Shown piece by piece: positions 1 to 13,174 of a DNA stretch of 64,000 nt. Each line of letters opens with the position of its first letter. Position 1 is the stretch's first letter. The translations under genes and the position numbers were made by a program. A model generated the notes under the pieces. It was not told where the DNA came from. It worked only from the letters and a program-made list of their open reading frames with translations, and did not search any database. This DNA is from Torpedo marmorata (taxonomy: Eukaryota): positions 131,316,001-131,380,000 of the forward strand of contig OZ360227.1 of the NCBI GenBank assembly GCA_977017645.1, given 5' to 3'.

Positions 1-705
1 GCCAAATTATGTGAATGTAAGTTTCCAAGATACTGAAATTAAGGCTCTACAAGTGATTAACTCTCCATTGCGCCTAAAGAAGCGAATCACTGCTGTTGGA
101 AAGATGTTCTGATTCATGTTGAGGATGTCAAAAATCTCTGTCACTCAGTATCACTGTAACATTCCTTCTTTGGAATATGTATCCAAGTTCAAGCAAGTAG
201 CTATCAAGTTCACCTATCCCTTCATACATTCTAGAATTGGGTGATGTTCCTCAACAAGGTTTTTTGCATTTTGCCTGCCACATGTCAACTTCATACAACC
301 GTTATACGTTCCCAGGCCCTCCTTAACTGTTGTGGACAAGTAGTTGGTGAGAGAATAAGGTCAGTTTTACTATTTAACGGCAACAGAAAAGTAAATGCAA
401 TTTTGGACATTTTTGTTCATTTTCCTAAACGTTTTAAAGATTTGTCAAGTGTGTTTTCGCAGAGTGACCCTGAAATTGAAAGAAGATTAGTATTGATATT
501 TCAACTGGAAATTAAGAGTATTCAATTTACTGCCCATTATTAACTGGAACAAGAAATTAAATTCAAGAATGAGCGCAAACAATCTTTATGTGTGTGAATT
601 GAGCAATATGAACAAAGTTCCACACTTTTTGTCCAAAGAATTCATTTAAGTAAGTTCCGTCTAATCCCTCCAGAGCAATTAGAACAGTCATATATGTCGT
701 CATAC

Positions 706-729
706 CTGTTGTGGATGGTGATACAGTTC
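706..729 (-). CDS. Microexon B, unit 1 (phase 1: RTVSPSTT)
   Basis: tctctttcacag|GAACTGTATCACCATCCACAACAG|gtatga; first codon completed by the C-ending exon A of unit 1. Confidence 0.65.
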
Positions 730-2160
730 CTGTGAAAGAGAATAATATTAAAGTTAAAATGGAACTATCAGATGCAGAATTTTGCATGTCGTTCAGATTG
801 CAACAAAGGCATGTCATTCTCAGATAATGGGGCTGTTTTGGTTATATGTCTCAGATCTTCAAAACCCAACTTAGAGAGAGGATGTTATCGACTGCAATTG
901 ACGTTGAGAGGCAGAACATTGTATTTCAATCACGAGTGATTGAAACTTCATGTCAGCAAACATTCTTGTGAAGCAGGTGAACACATTATTCACCATACAG
1001 CACAATCAATGCTGTGAAGAGTATGTTTTCAGGTCATGATACCTGCATTGAAAATCAACTGATGGAAGTTTTAGAATTGCTGCTCACTGTGGCAATGGAT
1101 TAGAAAACTGGTAGAACATATTCAATCATCTTTCACAGGATCCATTTGCATCTCACTGCAGCTCCGTTAAGAACCTGTCTGTAACCGTACAGATCCGTTC
1201 ATTGCTCTTACATTTCCATCTGGCAGGATAGATGTGCTGAGTTTAACCTTGGCTGCCGTAAATCAGTTTTACAAGATAAACATTGTCGAGGTGCTTACTT
1301 AAAAATTGACATTTAGGTACAAAGATTAACCCAATAGAGATCTCATTTCCTTCAAAAATGAGACCATTTAAGAGCATTTTACGTTCATATCTTTCTGCTC
1401 TTCAATGGATTTGCCTGTGCGAGTGCCTCTATATTGCTTCATAACATGGATAATCGCTGCTGAAACAACAGGCAACAAATGGATACCAACAAACATATGT
1501 TCATCAAACACAACTGAAAGGGGAATAATTATTAAATAATTCATTCCTATTGGTTGCGATATTGCTTCTTAACTGGAGAAATTACATTTCCCAGGGAAGT
1601 GCTGAAGAGACAGACAGTTTTGACCCTCGGGATATCATGAGCGTCACTTTGAGAAAATATGCACCAATGAAATTGATAGTGAAATCTGGCATGTTCCCTC
1701 TTGTTTCCTCTCCTTTTCAATTGATGGATAATGTGTGATGGCAATTCCGACTACTTGATGTACTTGAACATTGATGAACGGTGATTACTAACACTAATTT
1801 GCATCGAAATATTGAACTTAATCATGTTAGTTAGTGCTTTGAGATTACAGCACAATGTAGACTCATGTGGTTTTCAGCAAAAGAATATTCCCCATCTCTT
1901 GTAAAGTCAAAGCATTGAATATGATTGCAAAGATCATTTTCCTGTGTGCATGGAACATTACAGATAAAATTCACCATTTGTAGTTTGAGGAATCGTAAGC
2001 AGGCAACTAAATTTCTTGTAATCTCAGTGCCTGTCTTGTAATTGTGAAATTTCCAGAGAGGAATTTTTTAAAATACAAAGTTCAAGAAATACTTTTCTAA
2101 TACCAAAAGGCCTTATCATTGCATCATGGAACAATCACTGTGAAAATATACTGCTCTTAC

Positions 2161-2184
2161 GTGTTGGGCCTCCTGTAACTGCAC
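2161..2184 (-). CDS. Microexon A, unit 1 (GAVTGGPT)
   Basis: tctcttttacag|GTGCAGTTACAGGAGGCCCAACAC|gtaaga. Confidence 0.65.
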
Positions 2185-3202
2185 CTGTAAAAGAGAATAT
2201 TGTACAATTTAGCTCAAACATCAAATGTTCAACATAATCTAAATATGCAGATTGTATTTGATTATGGGCCACTTGTAATGCACTTCATTCTCATTAAAGT
2301 ATTGGCTAAAAAATTCCTTTATATTTAGTTAATAGCACGCAGTGCCTGGGCTTTATCCCAATGACCATGCTGGTTATTTAAGTTTACTCTCCATCATCCT
2401 GCCGGCCCTTCTCATACCCAAGTAAATAATTATTCCCCATGTGGCACAATCAGTGGGTTGAACAGTTGATAATCAGCTCTTTTATTCTGACATAAAAGCC
2501 AAATTATGTGAATGTAAGTTTCCAAGATACTGAAATTAAGGCTCTACAAGTGATTAACTCTCCATTGCGCCTAAAGAAGCGAATCACTGCTGTTGGAAAG
2601 ATGTTCTGATTCATGTTGAGGATGTCAAAAATCTCTGTCACTCAGTATCACTGTAACATTCCTTCTTTGGAATATGTATCCAAGTTCAAGCAAGTAGCTA
2701 TCAAGTTCACCTATCCCTTCATACATTCTAGAATTGGGTGATGTTCCTCAACAAGGTTTTTTGCATTTTGCCTGCCACATGTCAACTTCATACAACAGTT
2801 ATACGTTCCCAGGCCCTCCTTAACTGTTGTGGACAAGTAGTTGGTGAGAGAATAAGGTCAGTTTTACTATTTAACGGCAACAGAAAAGTAAATGCAATTT
2901 TGGACAGTTTTGTTCATTTTCCTAAACGTTTTAAAGATTTGTCAAGTGTGTTTTCGCAGAGTGACCCTGAAATTGAAAGAAGATTAGTATTGATATTTCA
3001 ACTGGAAATTAAGAGTATTCAATTTACTGCCCATTATTAACTGGAACAAGAAATTAAATTCAAGAATGAGCGCAAACAATCTTTATGTGTGTGAATTGAG
3101 CAATATGAACAAAGTTCCACACTTTTTGTCCAAAGAATTCATTTAAGTAAGTTCCGTCTAATCCCTCCAGAGCAATTAGAACAGTCATATATGTCGTCAT
3201 AC

Positions 3203-3226
3203 CTGTTGTGGATGGTGATACAGTTC
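3203..3226 (-). CDS. Microexon B, unit 2 (GTVSPSTT)
   Basis: cacag|GAACTGTATCACCATCCACAACAG|gtatga. Confidence 0.65.
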
Positions 3227-4656
3227 CTGTGAAAGAGAATAATATTAAAGTTAAAATGGAACTATCAGATGCAGAATTTTGCATGTCGTTCAGATTGCAA
3301 CAAAGGCATGTCATTCTCAGATAATGGGGCTGTTTTGGTTATATGTCTCAGATCTTCAAAACCCAACTTAGAGAGAGGATGTTATCGACTGCAATTGACG
3401 TTGAGAGGCAGAACATTGTATTTCAATCACGAGTGATTGAAACTTCATGTCAGCAAACATTCTTGTGAAGCAGGTGAACACATTATTCACCATACAGCAC
3501 AATCAATGCTGTGAAGAGTATGTTTTCAGGTCATGATACCTGCATTGAAAATCAACTGATGGAAGTTTTAGAATTGCTGCTCACTGTGGCAATGGATTAG
3601 AAAACTGGTAGAACATATTCAATCATCTTTCACAGGATCCATTTGCATCTCACTGCAGCTCCGTTAAGATCCTGTCTGTAACTGTACAGATCCGTTCATT
3701 GCTCTTACATTTCCATCTGGCAGGATAGATGTGCTGAGTTTAACCTTGGCTGCCGTAAATCAGTTTTACAAGATAAACATTGTCGAGTTGCTGACTTAAA
3801 AATTGACATTTAGGTACAAAGATTACCCAATAGAGATCTCATTTCCTTCAAATATGTGACCATTTAAGAGCATTTTACGTTCATATCTTTCTGCTCTTCA
3901 ATGGATTTGCCTGTGCGAGTGCCTCTATATTGCTTCATAACATGGATAATCGCTGCTGAAACAACAGGCAACAAATGGATACCAACAAACATATGTTCAT
4001 CAAACACAACTGAAAGGGGAATAATTATTAAATAATTCATTCCTATTGGTTGCGATATTGCTTCTTAACTGGAGAAATTACATTTCCCAGGGAAGTGCAG
4101 AATAGACAGACAGTGTTGACCCTCGGGATATCATGAGCGTCACTTTGAGAAAATATGCACCAATGAAATTGAAAGTGAAATCTGGCATTTTCCCTCTTGT
4201 TTCCTCTCCATTTCAAATGATGGATAATGTGTGATGGCAATTCCGACTACTTGCTGTACTTGAACATTGATGAACGTTGATTACTATCACTAATTTGCAT
4301 CGAAATATTGAACTTATTCATGTTGGTTAGTGCTTTGAGATTACAGCACAATGTAGACTCATGTGGTTTTCAGCAAAATAATATTCCCCATCTCTAGTAA
4401 AGTCAAAGCATTGAATATGATGGCAAAGATCATTTTCCTGTGTGCATGGAACATAACAGACAAAATTCACCGTTTGTAGTTTGAGGAATCCTAAGCGGGC
4501 AACTAACTTTCTTGTAATCTCAGTGCCTGTCTTGTAATGGTGAGATTTCCAGAGAGGAATTTTTTAAAATACGAAGTTCAAGAAATACTTTTCTAATACC
4601 AAAAGGCCTTATCATTGCATCATGGAACAATCACTGTGAAAATATACTGCTCTTAC

Positions 4657-4680
4657 CTGTTGGGCCTCCTGTAACTCCAC
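4657..4680 (-). CDS. Microexon A, unit 2 (GGVTGGPT)
   Basis: ttacag|GTGGAGTTACAGGAGGCCCAACAG|gtaaga. Confidence 0.65.
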
Positions 4681-5701
4681 CTGTAAAAGAGATTATTGTA
4701 CAATTTAGCTCAAACGTCAAATGTTCAACATAATCTAAATATGCAGATTGTATCTGATTATAGGCCACTTGTAAAGCACTTCATTCTCATTAAAGTATTG
4801 GCTAAAAAATTCCTTTATATTTAGTTAATAGCACGCAGTGCCTGGGCTTTATCACAATGACCATGCTGGTTATTTAAGTTTACTCTCCAACATCCTGCCG
4901 GCCCTTCTCATACCCAAGTAAATAATTATTCCCCATGTGGCACAATCAGTGGGTTGAACAGTTGATAATCAGCTCATTTATTCTGACATAAAAGCCAAAT
5001 TATGTGAATGTAAGTTTCCAAGATACTGAAATTAAGGCTCTACAAATGATTAACTCTCCATTGCGCCTAAAGAAGCTAATCACTGCTGTTGGAAAGATGT
5101 TCTGATTCATGTTGAGGATGTCAAAAATCTCTGTCACTCAGTATCACTGTAACATTCCTTCTTTGGAATATGTATCCAAGTTCAAGCAAGTAGCTATCAA
5201 GTTCACCTATCCCTTCATACATTCTAGAATTGGGTGATGTTCCTCAACAAGGTTTTTTGCATTTTGCCTGCCACATGTCCACTTCATACAAAAGTTATAC
5301 GTTCCCAGCCCCTCCTTAACTGTTGTGGACAAGCAGTTGGTGAGAGAATAAGGTCAGTTTTACTATTTAACGGCAACAGAAAAGTAAAGGCAATTTTGTA
5401 AAGTATTGTTCATTTTCCGAAACGTTTAAAGATTTGTCAAGTGTGTTTTTGTTGCGTGACCCTGAAATTGAAAGAAGATTAGTATTGATATTTCAACTGG
5501 AAATTAAGAGTATTCAATTTACTGCCCATTATAAACTGGAAAAAGGACTTAAATTCAAGAATGGGCGTAAACATTCTTTATGTGCCTGAATTGAGCAATA
5601 TGAACAAAGTTCCACACTTTTTGTCCAAAGAACACATGATATTAAATAAGTTCCGTCTATTCCCTCCAGAGTAATCAGAACAGTCATATATGTCGTCATA
5701 C

Positions 5702-5725
5702 CTGTTGTGGATGGTGATGCAGTTT
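5702..5725 (-). CDS. Microexon B, unit 3 (QTASPSTT)
   Basis: cacag|AAACTGCATCACCATCCACAACAG|gtatga; preceded by a C-ending exon A. Confidence 0.65.
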
Positions 5726-7145
5726 CTGTGAAAGAGAATAATATTAAAGTTAAAATGGAACTATCAGATGCAGAATTTTACATGTCGTTCAGTTTGCAAC
5801 AAAGGCATGTCATTCTCAGATAATGGGGCTGTTTTGGTTATGTGTCTCAGATCTTCAAAACCCAACTTAGAGATCGACTGCAATTGACATTGAGAGGCAG
5901 AACATTGTATTTCAATCACGAGTGATTGAAACTTCATGTCAGCAAATATTCTTGTGAAGCAGGTGAACATATAATTCACCATACAGCACAATCAATGCTG
6001 TGAAGAGTATATTTTCAGGTCATGATACCTGCATTGAAAATCAACTGATGGAAGTTTTAGAATTGCTGCTCACTGTGGCAATGGATTAGAAAACTGGTAG
6101 AACATATTCAATCATCTTTCACAGGATCCATTTGCATCTCACTGCAGCTCCGTTAAGAACCTGTCTGTAACCGTTCAGATCCGTTCATTGCTCTTACATT
6201 TCCATCTGGCAGGATAGATGTGCTAAGTTTAACCTTGGCTGCCGTAAATCAGTTTTACAAGATAAACATTGTCGAGGTGCTTACTTAAAAATTGACATTT
6301 TGGTACAAAGATTACCCAATAGAGATCTCATTTCCTTCAAATATGTGACCATTTAAGAGCATTTTACGTTCATATCTTTCTGCTCTTCAATGGATTTGCC
6401 TGTGCGAGTGCCTCTATATTGCTTCATAACATGGATAATCGCTGCTGAAACAACAGGCAACAAATGGATACCAACAAACATATGTTCATCAAACACAACT
6501 GAAAGGGGAATAATTATTAAATAATTCATTCCTATTGGTTGCGATATTGCTTCTTAACTGTAGAAATTACATTTCCCAGGGAAGTGCTGAAGAGACAGAC
6601 AGTTTTGACCCTCGGGATATCATGAGCGTCACTTTGAGAAAAGATGCACCAATGAAATTGAAAGTGAAATCTGGCATGTTCCCTCTTGTTTCCTCTCCTT
6701 TTCAATTGATGGATAATGTGTGATGGCAATTCCGACGACTTGCTGTACTTGAACATTGATGAACGGTGATTACTATCACTAATTTGCATCGAAATATTGA
6801 ACTTAATCATGTTAGTTAGTGCTTTGAGATTACAGCACAATGTAGACTCATGTGGTTTTCAGCAAAAGAATATTCCCCATCTCTTGTAAAGTCAAAGCAT
6901 TGAATATGATTGCAAAGATCATTTTCCTGTGTGCATGGAACATTACAGATAAAATTCACCATTTGTAGTTTGAGGAATCCTAAGCAGGCAACTAAATTTC
7001 TTGTAATCTCAGTGCCTGTCTTGTAATTGTGAAATTTCCAGAGAGGAATTTTTTAAAATGCGAAGTTCAAGAAATACTTTTCTAATACCAAAAGGCCTTA
7101 TCATTGCATAATGGAACAATCACTGTGAAAATATACTGCTCTTAC

Positions 7146-7169
7146 GTGTTGGGCCTCCTGTAACTGCAC
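7146..7169 (-). CDS. Microexon A, unit 3 (GAVTGGPT)
   Basis: ttacag|GTGCAGTTACAGGAGGCCCAACAC|gtaaga. Confidence 0.65.
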
Positions 7170-8190
7170 CTGTAAAAGAGATTATTGTACAATTTAGCTC
7201 AAACATCAAATGTTCAACATAATCTAAATATGCAGATTGTATCTGATTATGGGCCACTTGTAATGCACTTCATTCTCATTAAGGTATTGGCTAAAAAATT
7301 CCTTTATATTTAGTTAATAGCACGCAGTGCCTGGGCTTTATCTCAATGACCATGCTGGTTATTTAAGTTTACTCTCCATCATCCTGCCGGCCCTTCTCAT
7401 ACCCAAGTAAATAATTATTCCCCATGCGTCACAATCAGTGGGTTGAACAGTTGATAATCAGCTCTTTTATTCTGACATATAAGCCAAATTATGTGAATGT
7501 AAGTTTCCAAGATACTGAAATTAAGGCTCTACAAGTGATTAACTCTCCATTGCGCCTAAAGAAGCTAATCACTGCTGTTGGAAAGATGTTCTGATTCATG
7601 TTGAGGATGTCAAAAATCTCTGTCACTCAGTATCACTGTAACATTCCTTCTTTGGAATATGTATCCAAGTTCAAGCAAGTAGCTATCAAGTTCACCTATC
7701 CCTTCATACATTCTAGAATTGGGTGATGTTCCTCAACAAGGTTTTTTGAATTTTGCCTGCCACATGTCCACTTCATACAAAAGTTATACGTTCCCAGCCC
7801 CTCGTTAACTGTTGTGGACAAGCAGTTGGTGATTGAATAAGGTCAGTTTTACTATTTAACGGCAACAGAAAAGTAAAGGCAATTTTGTAAAGTATTGTTC
7901 ATTTTCCGAAATGTTTAAAGATTTGTCAAGTGTGTTTTCGTTGCGTGACCCTGAAATTGAAAGAAGATTAGTATTGATATTTCAACTGGAAATTAAGAGT
8001 ATTCAATTTACTGCCCATTATAAACTGGAAAAAGGACTTAAATTCAAGAATGGGCGCAAACATTCTTTATGTGCCTGAATTGAGCAATATGAACAAAGTT
8101 CCACACTTTTTGTCCAAAGAACACATGATATTAAATAAGTTCCGTCTATTCCCTCCAGAGTAATCAGAACAGTCATATATGTCGTCATAC

Positions 8191-8214
8191 CTGTTGTGGA
8201 TGGTGATGCAGTTT
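8191..8214 (-). CDS. Microexon B, unit 4 (ETASPSTT)
   Basis: Consensus exon B with intact cag and gtatga sites. Confidence 0.65.
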
Positions 8215-9632
8215 CTGTGAAAGAGAATAATATTAAAGTTAAAATGGAACTATCAGATGCAGAATTTTGCATGTCGTTCAGATTGCAACAAAGGCATGTC
8301 ATTCTCAGATAATGGGGCTGTTTTGGTTATATGTCTCAGATCTTCAAAACCCAACTTAGAGATCGACTGCAATTGACGTTGAGAGGCAGAACATTGTATT
8401 TCAATCACGAGTGATTGAAACTTCATGTCAGCAAACATTCTTGTGAAGCAGGTGAACACATTATTCACCATACAGCACAATCAATGCTGTGAAGAGTATG
8501 TTTTCAGGTCATGATACCTGCATTGAAAATCAACTGATGGAAGTTTTAGAATTGCTGCTCACTGTGGCAATGGATTAGAAAACTGGTAGAACATATTCAA
8601 TCATCTTTCACAGGATCCATTTGCATCTCACTGCAGCTCCGTTAAGAACCTGTCTGTAACCGTACAGATCCGTTCATTGCTCTTACATTTCCATCTGGCA
8701 GGATAGATGTGCTGAGTTTAACCTTGGCTGCCGTAAATCAGTTTTACAAGATAAACATTGTCGAGTTGCTTACTTAAAAATTGACATTTAGGTACAATGA
8801 TTACCCAATAGATCTCATTTCCTTCAAATATGTGACCATTTAAGAGCATTTTACGTTCATATCTTTCTGCTCTTCAATGGATTTGCCTGTGCGAGTTCCT
8901 CTATATTGCTTCATAACATGGATAATCGCTGCTGAAACAACAGGCAACAAATGGATACCAACAAACATATGTTCATCAAACACAACTGAAAGGGGAATAA
9001 TTATTAAATAATTCATTCCTATTGGTTGCGATATTGCTTCTTTACTGTAGAAATTACATTTCCCAGGGAAGTGCTGAAGAGACAGACAGTTTTCACCCTC
9101 GGGATATCATGAGCGTTACTTTGAGAAAATATGCACCAATGAAATTGAAAGTGAAATCTGGCATGTTCCCTCTTGTTTCCTCTCCTTTTCAATTGATGGA
9201 TAATGTGTGATGGCAATTCCGACTACTTGCTGTACTTGAACATTGATGAACGGTGATTACTATCACTAATTTGCATCGAAATATTGAACTTAATCATGTT
9301 AGTTAGTGCTTTGAGATTACAGCACAATGTAGACTCATGTGATTTTCAGCAAAAGAATATTCCCCATCTCTTGTAAAGTCAAAGCATTGAATATGATGGC
9401 AAAGATCATTTTCCTGTGTGCATGGAACATTACAGATAAAATTCACCATTTGTAGTTTGAGGAATCCTAAGCAGGCAACTAAATTTCTTGTAATCTCAGT
9501 GCCTGTCTTGTCATTGTGAAATTACCAGAGAGGAATTTTTTAAAATACAAAGTTCAAGAAATACTTTTCTAATACCAAAAGGCCTTATCATTGCATAATG
9601 GAACAATCACTGTGAAAATATACTGCTCTTAC

Positions 9633-9656
9633 CTGTTGGGCCTCCTGTAACTGCAC
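9633..9656 (-). CDS. Microexon A, unit 4 (GAVTGGPT)
   Basis: Consensus exon A with intact cag and gtaaga sites. Confidence 0.65.
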
Positions 9657-10678
9657 CTGTAAAAGAGATTATTGTACAATTTAGCTCAAACATCAAATGT
9701 TCAACATAATCTAAATATGCAGATTGTATCTGATTATGGGCCACTTGTAATGCACTTCATTCTCATTAAGGTATTGGCTAAAAAATTCCTTTATATTTAG
9801 TTAATAGCACGCAGTGCCTGGGCTTTATCTCAATGACCATGCTGGTTATTTAAGTTTACTCTCCATCATCCTGCCGGCCCTTCTCATACCCAAGTAAATA
9901 ATTATTCCCCATGTGGCACAATCAGTGGGTTGAACAGTTGATAATCAGCTCTTTTATTCTGACATAAAAGCCAAATTATGTGAATGTAAGTTTCCAAGAT
10001 ACTGAAATTAAGGCTCTACAAGTGATTAACTCTCCATTGCGCCTAAAGAAGCTAATCACTGCTGTTGGAAAGATGTTCTGATTCATGTTGAGGATGTCAA
10101 AAATCTCTGTCACTCAGTATCACTGTAACATTCCTTCTTTGAAATATGTATCCAAGTTCAAGCAAGTAGCTATCAAGTTCACCTATCCCTTCATACATTC
10201 TAGAATTGGGTGATGTTCCTCAACAAGGTTTTTTGCATTTTGCCTGCCACATGTCAACTTCATACAACAGTTATACGTTCCCAAGCCCTCCTTAACTGTT
10301 GTGGACAAGTAGTGGGTGAGAGAATAAGGTCAGTTTTACTATTTAACGGCAACAGAAAAGTAAATGCAATTTTGGACAGTTTTGTTCATTTTCCTAAACG
10401 TTTTAAAGATTTGTCAAGTGTGTTTTCGCAGAGTGACCCTGAAATTGAAAGAAGATTAGTATTGATATTTCAACTGAAAATTAAGAGTATTCAATGTACT
10501 TCCCATTATTAACTGGAACAAGAAATTAAATTCAAGAATGAGCGCAAACAATCTTTATGTGTGTGAATTGAGCAATATGAACAAAGTTCCACACTTTTTG
10601 TCCAAAGGATTCATGATATTAAATAAGTTCCGTCTATTCCCTCCAGAGCAATCAGAACAGTCATATATGTCGTCATAC

Positions 10679-10702
10679 CTGTTGTGGATGGTGATGCAGT
10701 TT
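10679..10702 (-). CDS. Microexon B, unit 5 (QTASPSTT)
   Basis: Consensus exon B; preceded by a C-ending exon A. Confidence 0.65.
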
Positions 10703-12133
10703 CTGTGAAAGAGAATAATATTAAAGTTAAAATGGAACTATCAGATGCAGAATTTTGCATGTCGTTCAGATTGCAACAAAGGCATGTCATTCTCAGATAA
10801 TGGGGCTGTTTTTGTTATGTGTCTCAGATCTTCAAAACCCAACTTAGAGAAAGGTTGTTATCGACTGCAATTGACGGTGAGAGGCAGAACATTGCATTTC
10901 AATCACGAGTGATTGAAACTTCATGTCAGCAAACATTCTTGTGAAGCAGGTGAACACATTATTCACCATACAGCACAATCAATGCTGTGAAGAGTATGTT
11001 TTCAGGTCATGATACCTGCATTGAAAATCAACTGATGGAAGTTTTAGAATTGCTGTTCACTGTGACAATGGATTAGAAAACTGGTAGAACATATTCAATC
11101 ATCTTTCACAGGATCCATTTGCATCTCACTGCAGCTCCGTTAAGAACCTGTCCTGTAACCGTACAGATCCGTTCATTGCTCTTACATTTCCATCTGGCAG
11201 GATAGATGTGCTGAGTTTAAGCTTGGCTGTCGTAAATCAGTTTTACAAGATAAACATTGTCGAGTTGCTTACTTAAAAATTGACATTTAGGTACAAAGAT
11301 TACCCAATAGAGATCTCAATTCCTTTAAAAATGTGACTATTTAAGAGCATTTTATGTTCATATCTTTCTGCTCTTCAATGGATTTGCCTGTGCGAGTGCC
11401 TCTATATTGCTTCATAACATGGATAATCGCTGCTGAAACAACAGGCAACAAATGGATACCAACAAACATATGTTCATCAAACACAACTGAAAGGGGAATA
11501 ATTATTAAATAATTCATTCCTATTGGTTGCGATATTGCTTCTTAACTGTAGAAATTACATTTCCCAGGGAAGTGCTGAAGAGACAGACAGTTTTGACCCT
11601 TGGGATATCATGAGCGTCACTTTGAGAAAATATGCACCAATGAAATTGAAAGTGAAATCTGGCATGTTCCCTCTTGTTTCCTCTCCATTTCAATTGATGG
11701 ATAATGTGTGATGGCAATTCCGACTACTTGCTGTACTTGAACATTGATGAACGGTGATTACTATCACTAATTTGCATCGAAATATTGAACTTAATCATGT
11801 TAGTTAGTGCTTTGAGATTACAGCACAATGTAGACTCATGTGGTTTTCAGCAAAAGAATATTCCCCATCTCTAGTAAAGTCAAAGCATTGAATATGATTG
11901 CAAAGATCATTTTCCTGTGTGCATGGAACATTACAGATAAAATTCACCATTTGTAGTTTGAGGAATCCTAAGCAGGCAACTAAATTTCTTGTAATCTCAG
12001 TGCCTGTCTTGTAATTGTGAAATTACCAGAGAGGAATTTTTTAAAATACAAAGTTCAAGAAATACTTTTCTAACACCAAAAGGCCTTATTATTGCATAAT
12101 GGAACAATCACTGTGAAAATATACTGCTCTTAC

Positions 12134-12157
12134 GTGTTGGGCCTCCTGTAACTGCAC
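12134..12157 (-). CDS. Microexon A, unit 5 (GAVTGGPT)
   Basis: Exon A variant ending CAC|gtaaga. Confidence 0.65.
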
Positions 12158-13174
12158 CTGTAAAAGAGATTATTGTACAATTTAGCTCAAACATCAAATG
12201 TTCAACATAATCTAAATATGCAGATTGTATCTGATTATGGGCCACTTGTAATGCACTTCATTCTCATTAAGGTATTGGCTAAAAAATTCCTTTATATTTA
12301 GTTAATAGCACACAGTGCCTGGGCTTTATCCCAATGACCATGCTGGTTATTTAAGTTTACTCTCCATCATCCTGCCGGCCCTTCTCATACCCAAGTAAAT
12401 AATTATTCCCCATGTGGCACAATCAGTGGGTTGAACAGTTGATAATCTGCTCATTTATTCTGACATAAAAGACAAATTATGTGAATGTAAGTTTCCAAGA
12501 TACTGAAATTAAGGCTCTACAAGTGATTAACTCTCCATTGTGCCTAAAGAAGCTAATCACTGCTGTTGGAAAGATGTTCTGATTCATGTTGAGGATGTCA
12601 AAAATCTCTGTCACTCAGTATCACTGTAACAATCCTTCTTTAGAATATGTATCCAAGTTCAAGCAAGTAGCTATCAAGTTCACCTATCCCTTCATACATT
12701 CTAGAATTGGGTGATGTTCCTCAACAAGGTTTTTTGCATTTTGCCTGCCACATGTCCACTTCATACAACAGTTATACGTTCCCAGGCCCTCCTTAACTGT
12801 TGTGGACAAGTAGTTGGTGAGAGCATAAGGACAGTTTTACTATTTAACGGCAACAGAAAAGTAAATGCAATTTTGGACAGTTTTGTTCATTTTCCTAAAC
12901 GTTTAAAGATTTGTCAAGTTTGTTTTCGTAGCGTGACCCTGAAATTGAAAGAAGATTAGTATTGATATTTCAACTGGAAATTAAGAGTATTCAATTTACT
13001 GCCCATTATTAACTGGAACAAGAACTTAAATTCAAGAATGAGCGCAAACAATCTTTATGTGTGTGAATTGAGCAATATGAACAAATTTCCACACTTTTTG
13101 TCCAAAGAATTCATTTAAGTAAGTTCCGTCTATTCCCTCCAGGGCAATCAGAACAGTCATATATGTCGTCATAC

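Noticed and set aside
241-543. Recurrent 100/82-aa + strand ORF (MMFLNKVFC...) in most units
   Set aside because: It toggles between 100 and 82 aa through a 1-nt indel, has stops in units 3 and 4, and shows no recognisable domain. It recurs only because the DNA is repeated.
563-817. Recurrent 84-aa minus ORF (MTCLCC..FTETASPSTTGMTTYMTVLIALE), superficially like a GPCR TM3
   Set aside because: Its C-terminus is frameshifted among units. Only the ETASPSTT part matches the splice-bounded exon B; the rest is read-through of intron (pyrimidine tract and donor).
994-1011. Possible 18-nt minus-strand microexon (cacag|CATTGATTGTGCTGTATG|gtgaat)
   Set aside because: Mediocre donor, hydrophobic peptide (ALIVLY), and disrupted in unit 17.
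1064-1091. CACTGTG/CACAGTG heptamers suggesting V(D)J recombination signals of clustered Ig genes
   Set aside because: No convincing nonamer at 12 or 23 spacing, and no V, D or J coding segments.
1487-1513. Possible third minus-strand microexon, 27 nt (cccctttcag|TTGTG..GTTG|gtatcc; VVFDEHMFV)
   Set aside because: Good acceptor but a weak donor, the AG is lost in unit 6, and the peptide does not fit the PTS repeat. Worth rechecking only if RNA data exist.
1547-1744. Overlapping 62-65 aa ORFs on both strands
   Set aside because: Non-ATG starts, stops or indels in some units, and no homology I recognise.
1734-1845. TGATGA C-box-like motif suggesting a tandem snoRNA array
   Set aside because: No well-placed CTGA D box with a terminal stem and no recognisable guide sequence. 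An Infernal/Rfam scan would settle it.
2499-2513. Possible + strand 15-nt exon (aaag|ccaaattatgtgaat|gtaagt)
   Set aside because: AAG acceptor without an adjacent pyrimidine tract, donor altered in units 15 and 16, and no partner exons on that strand.
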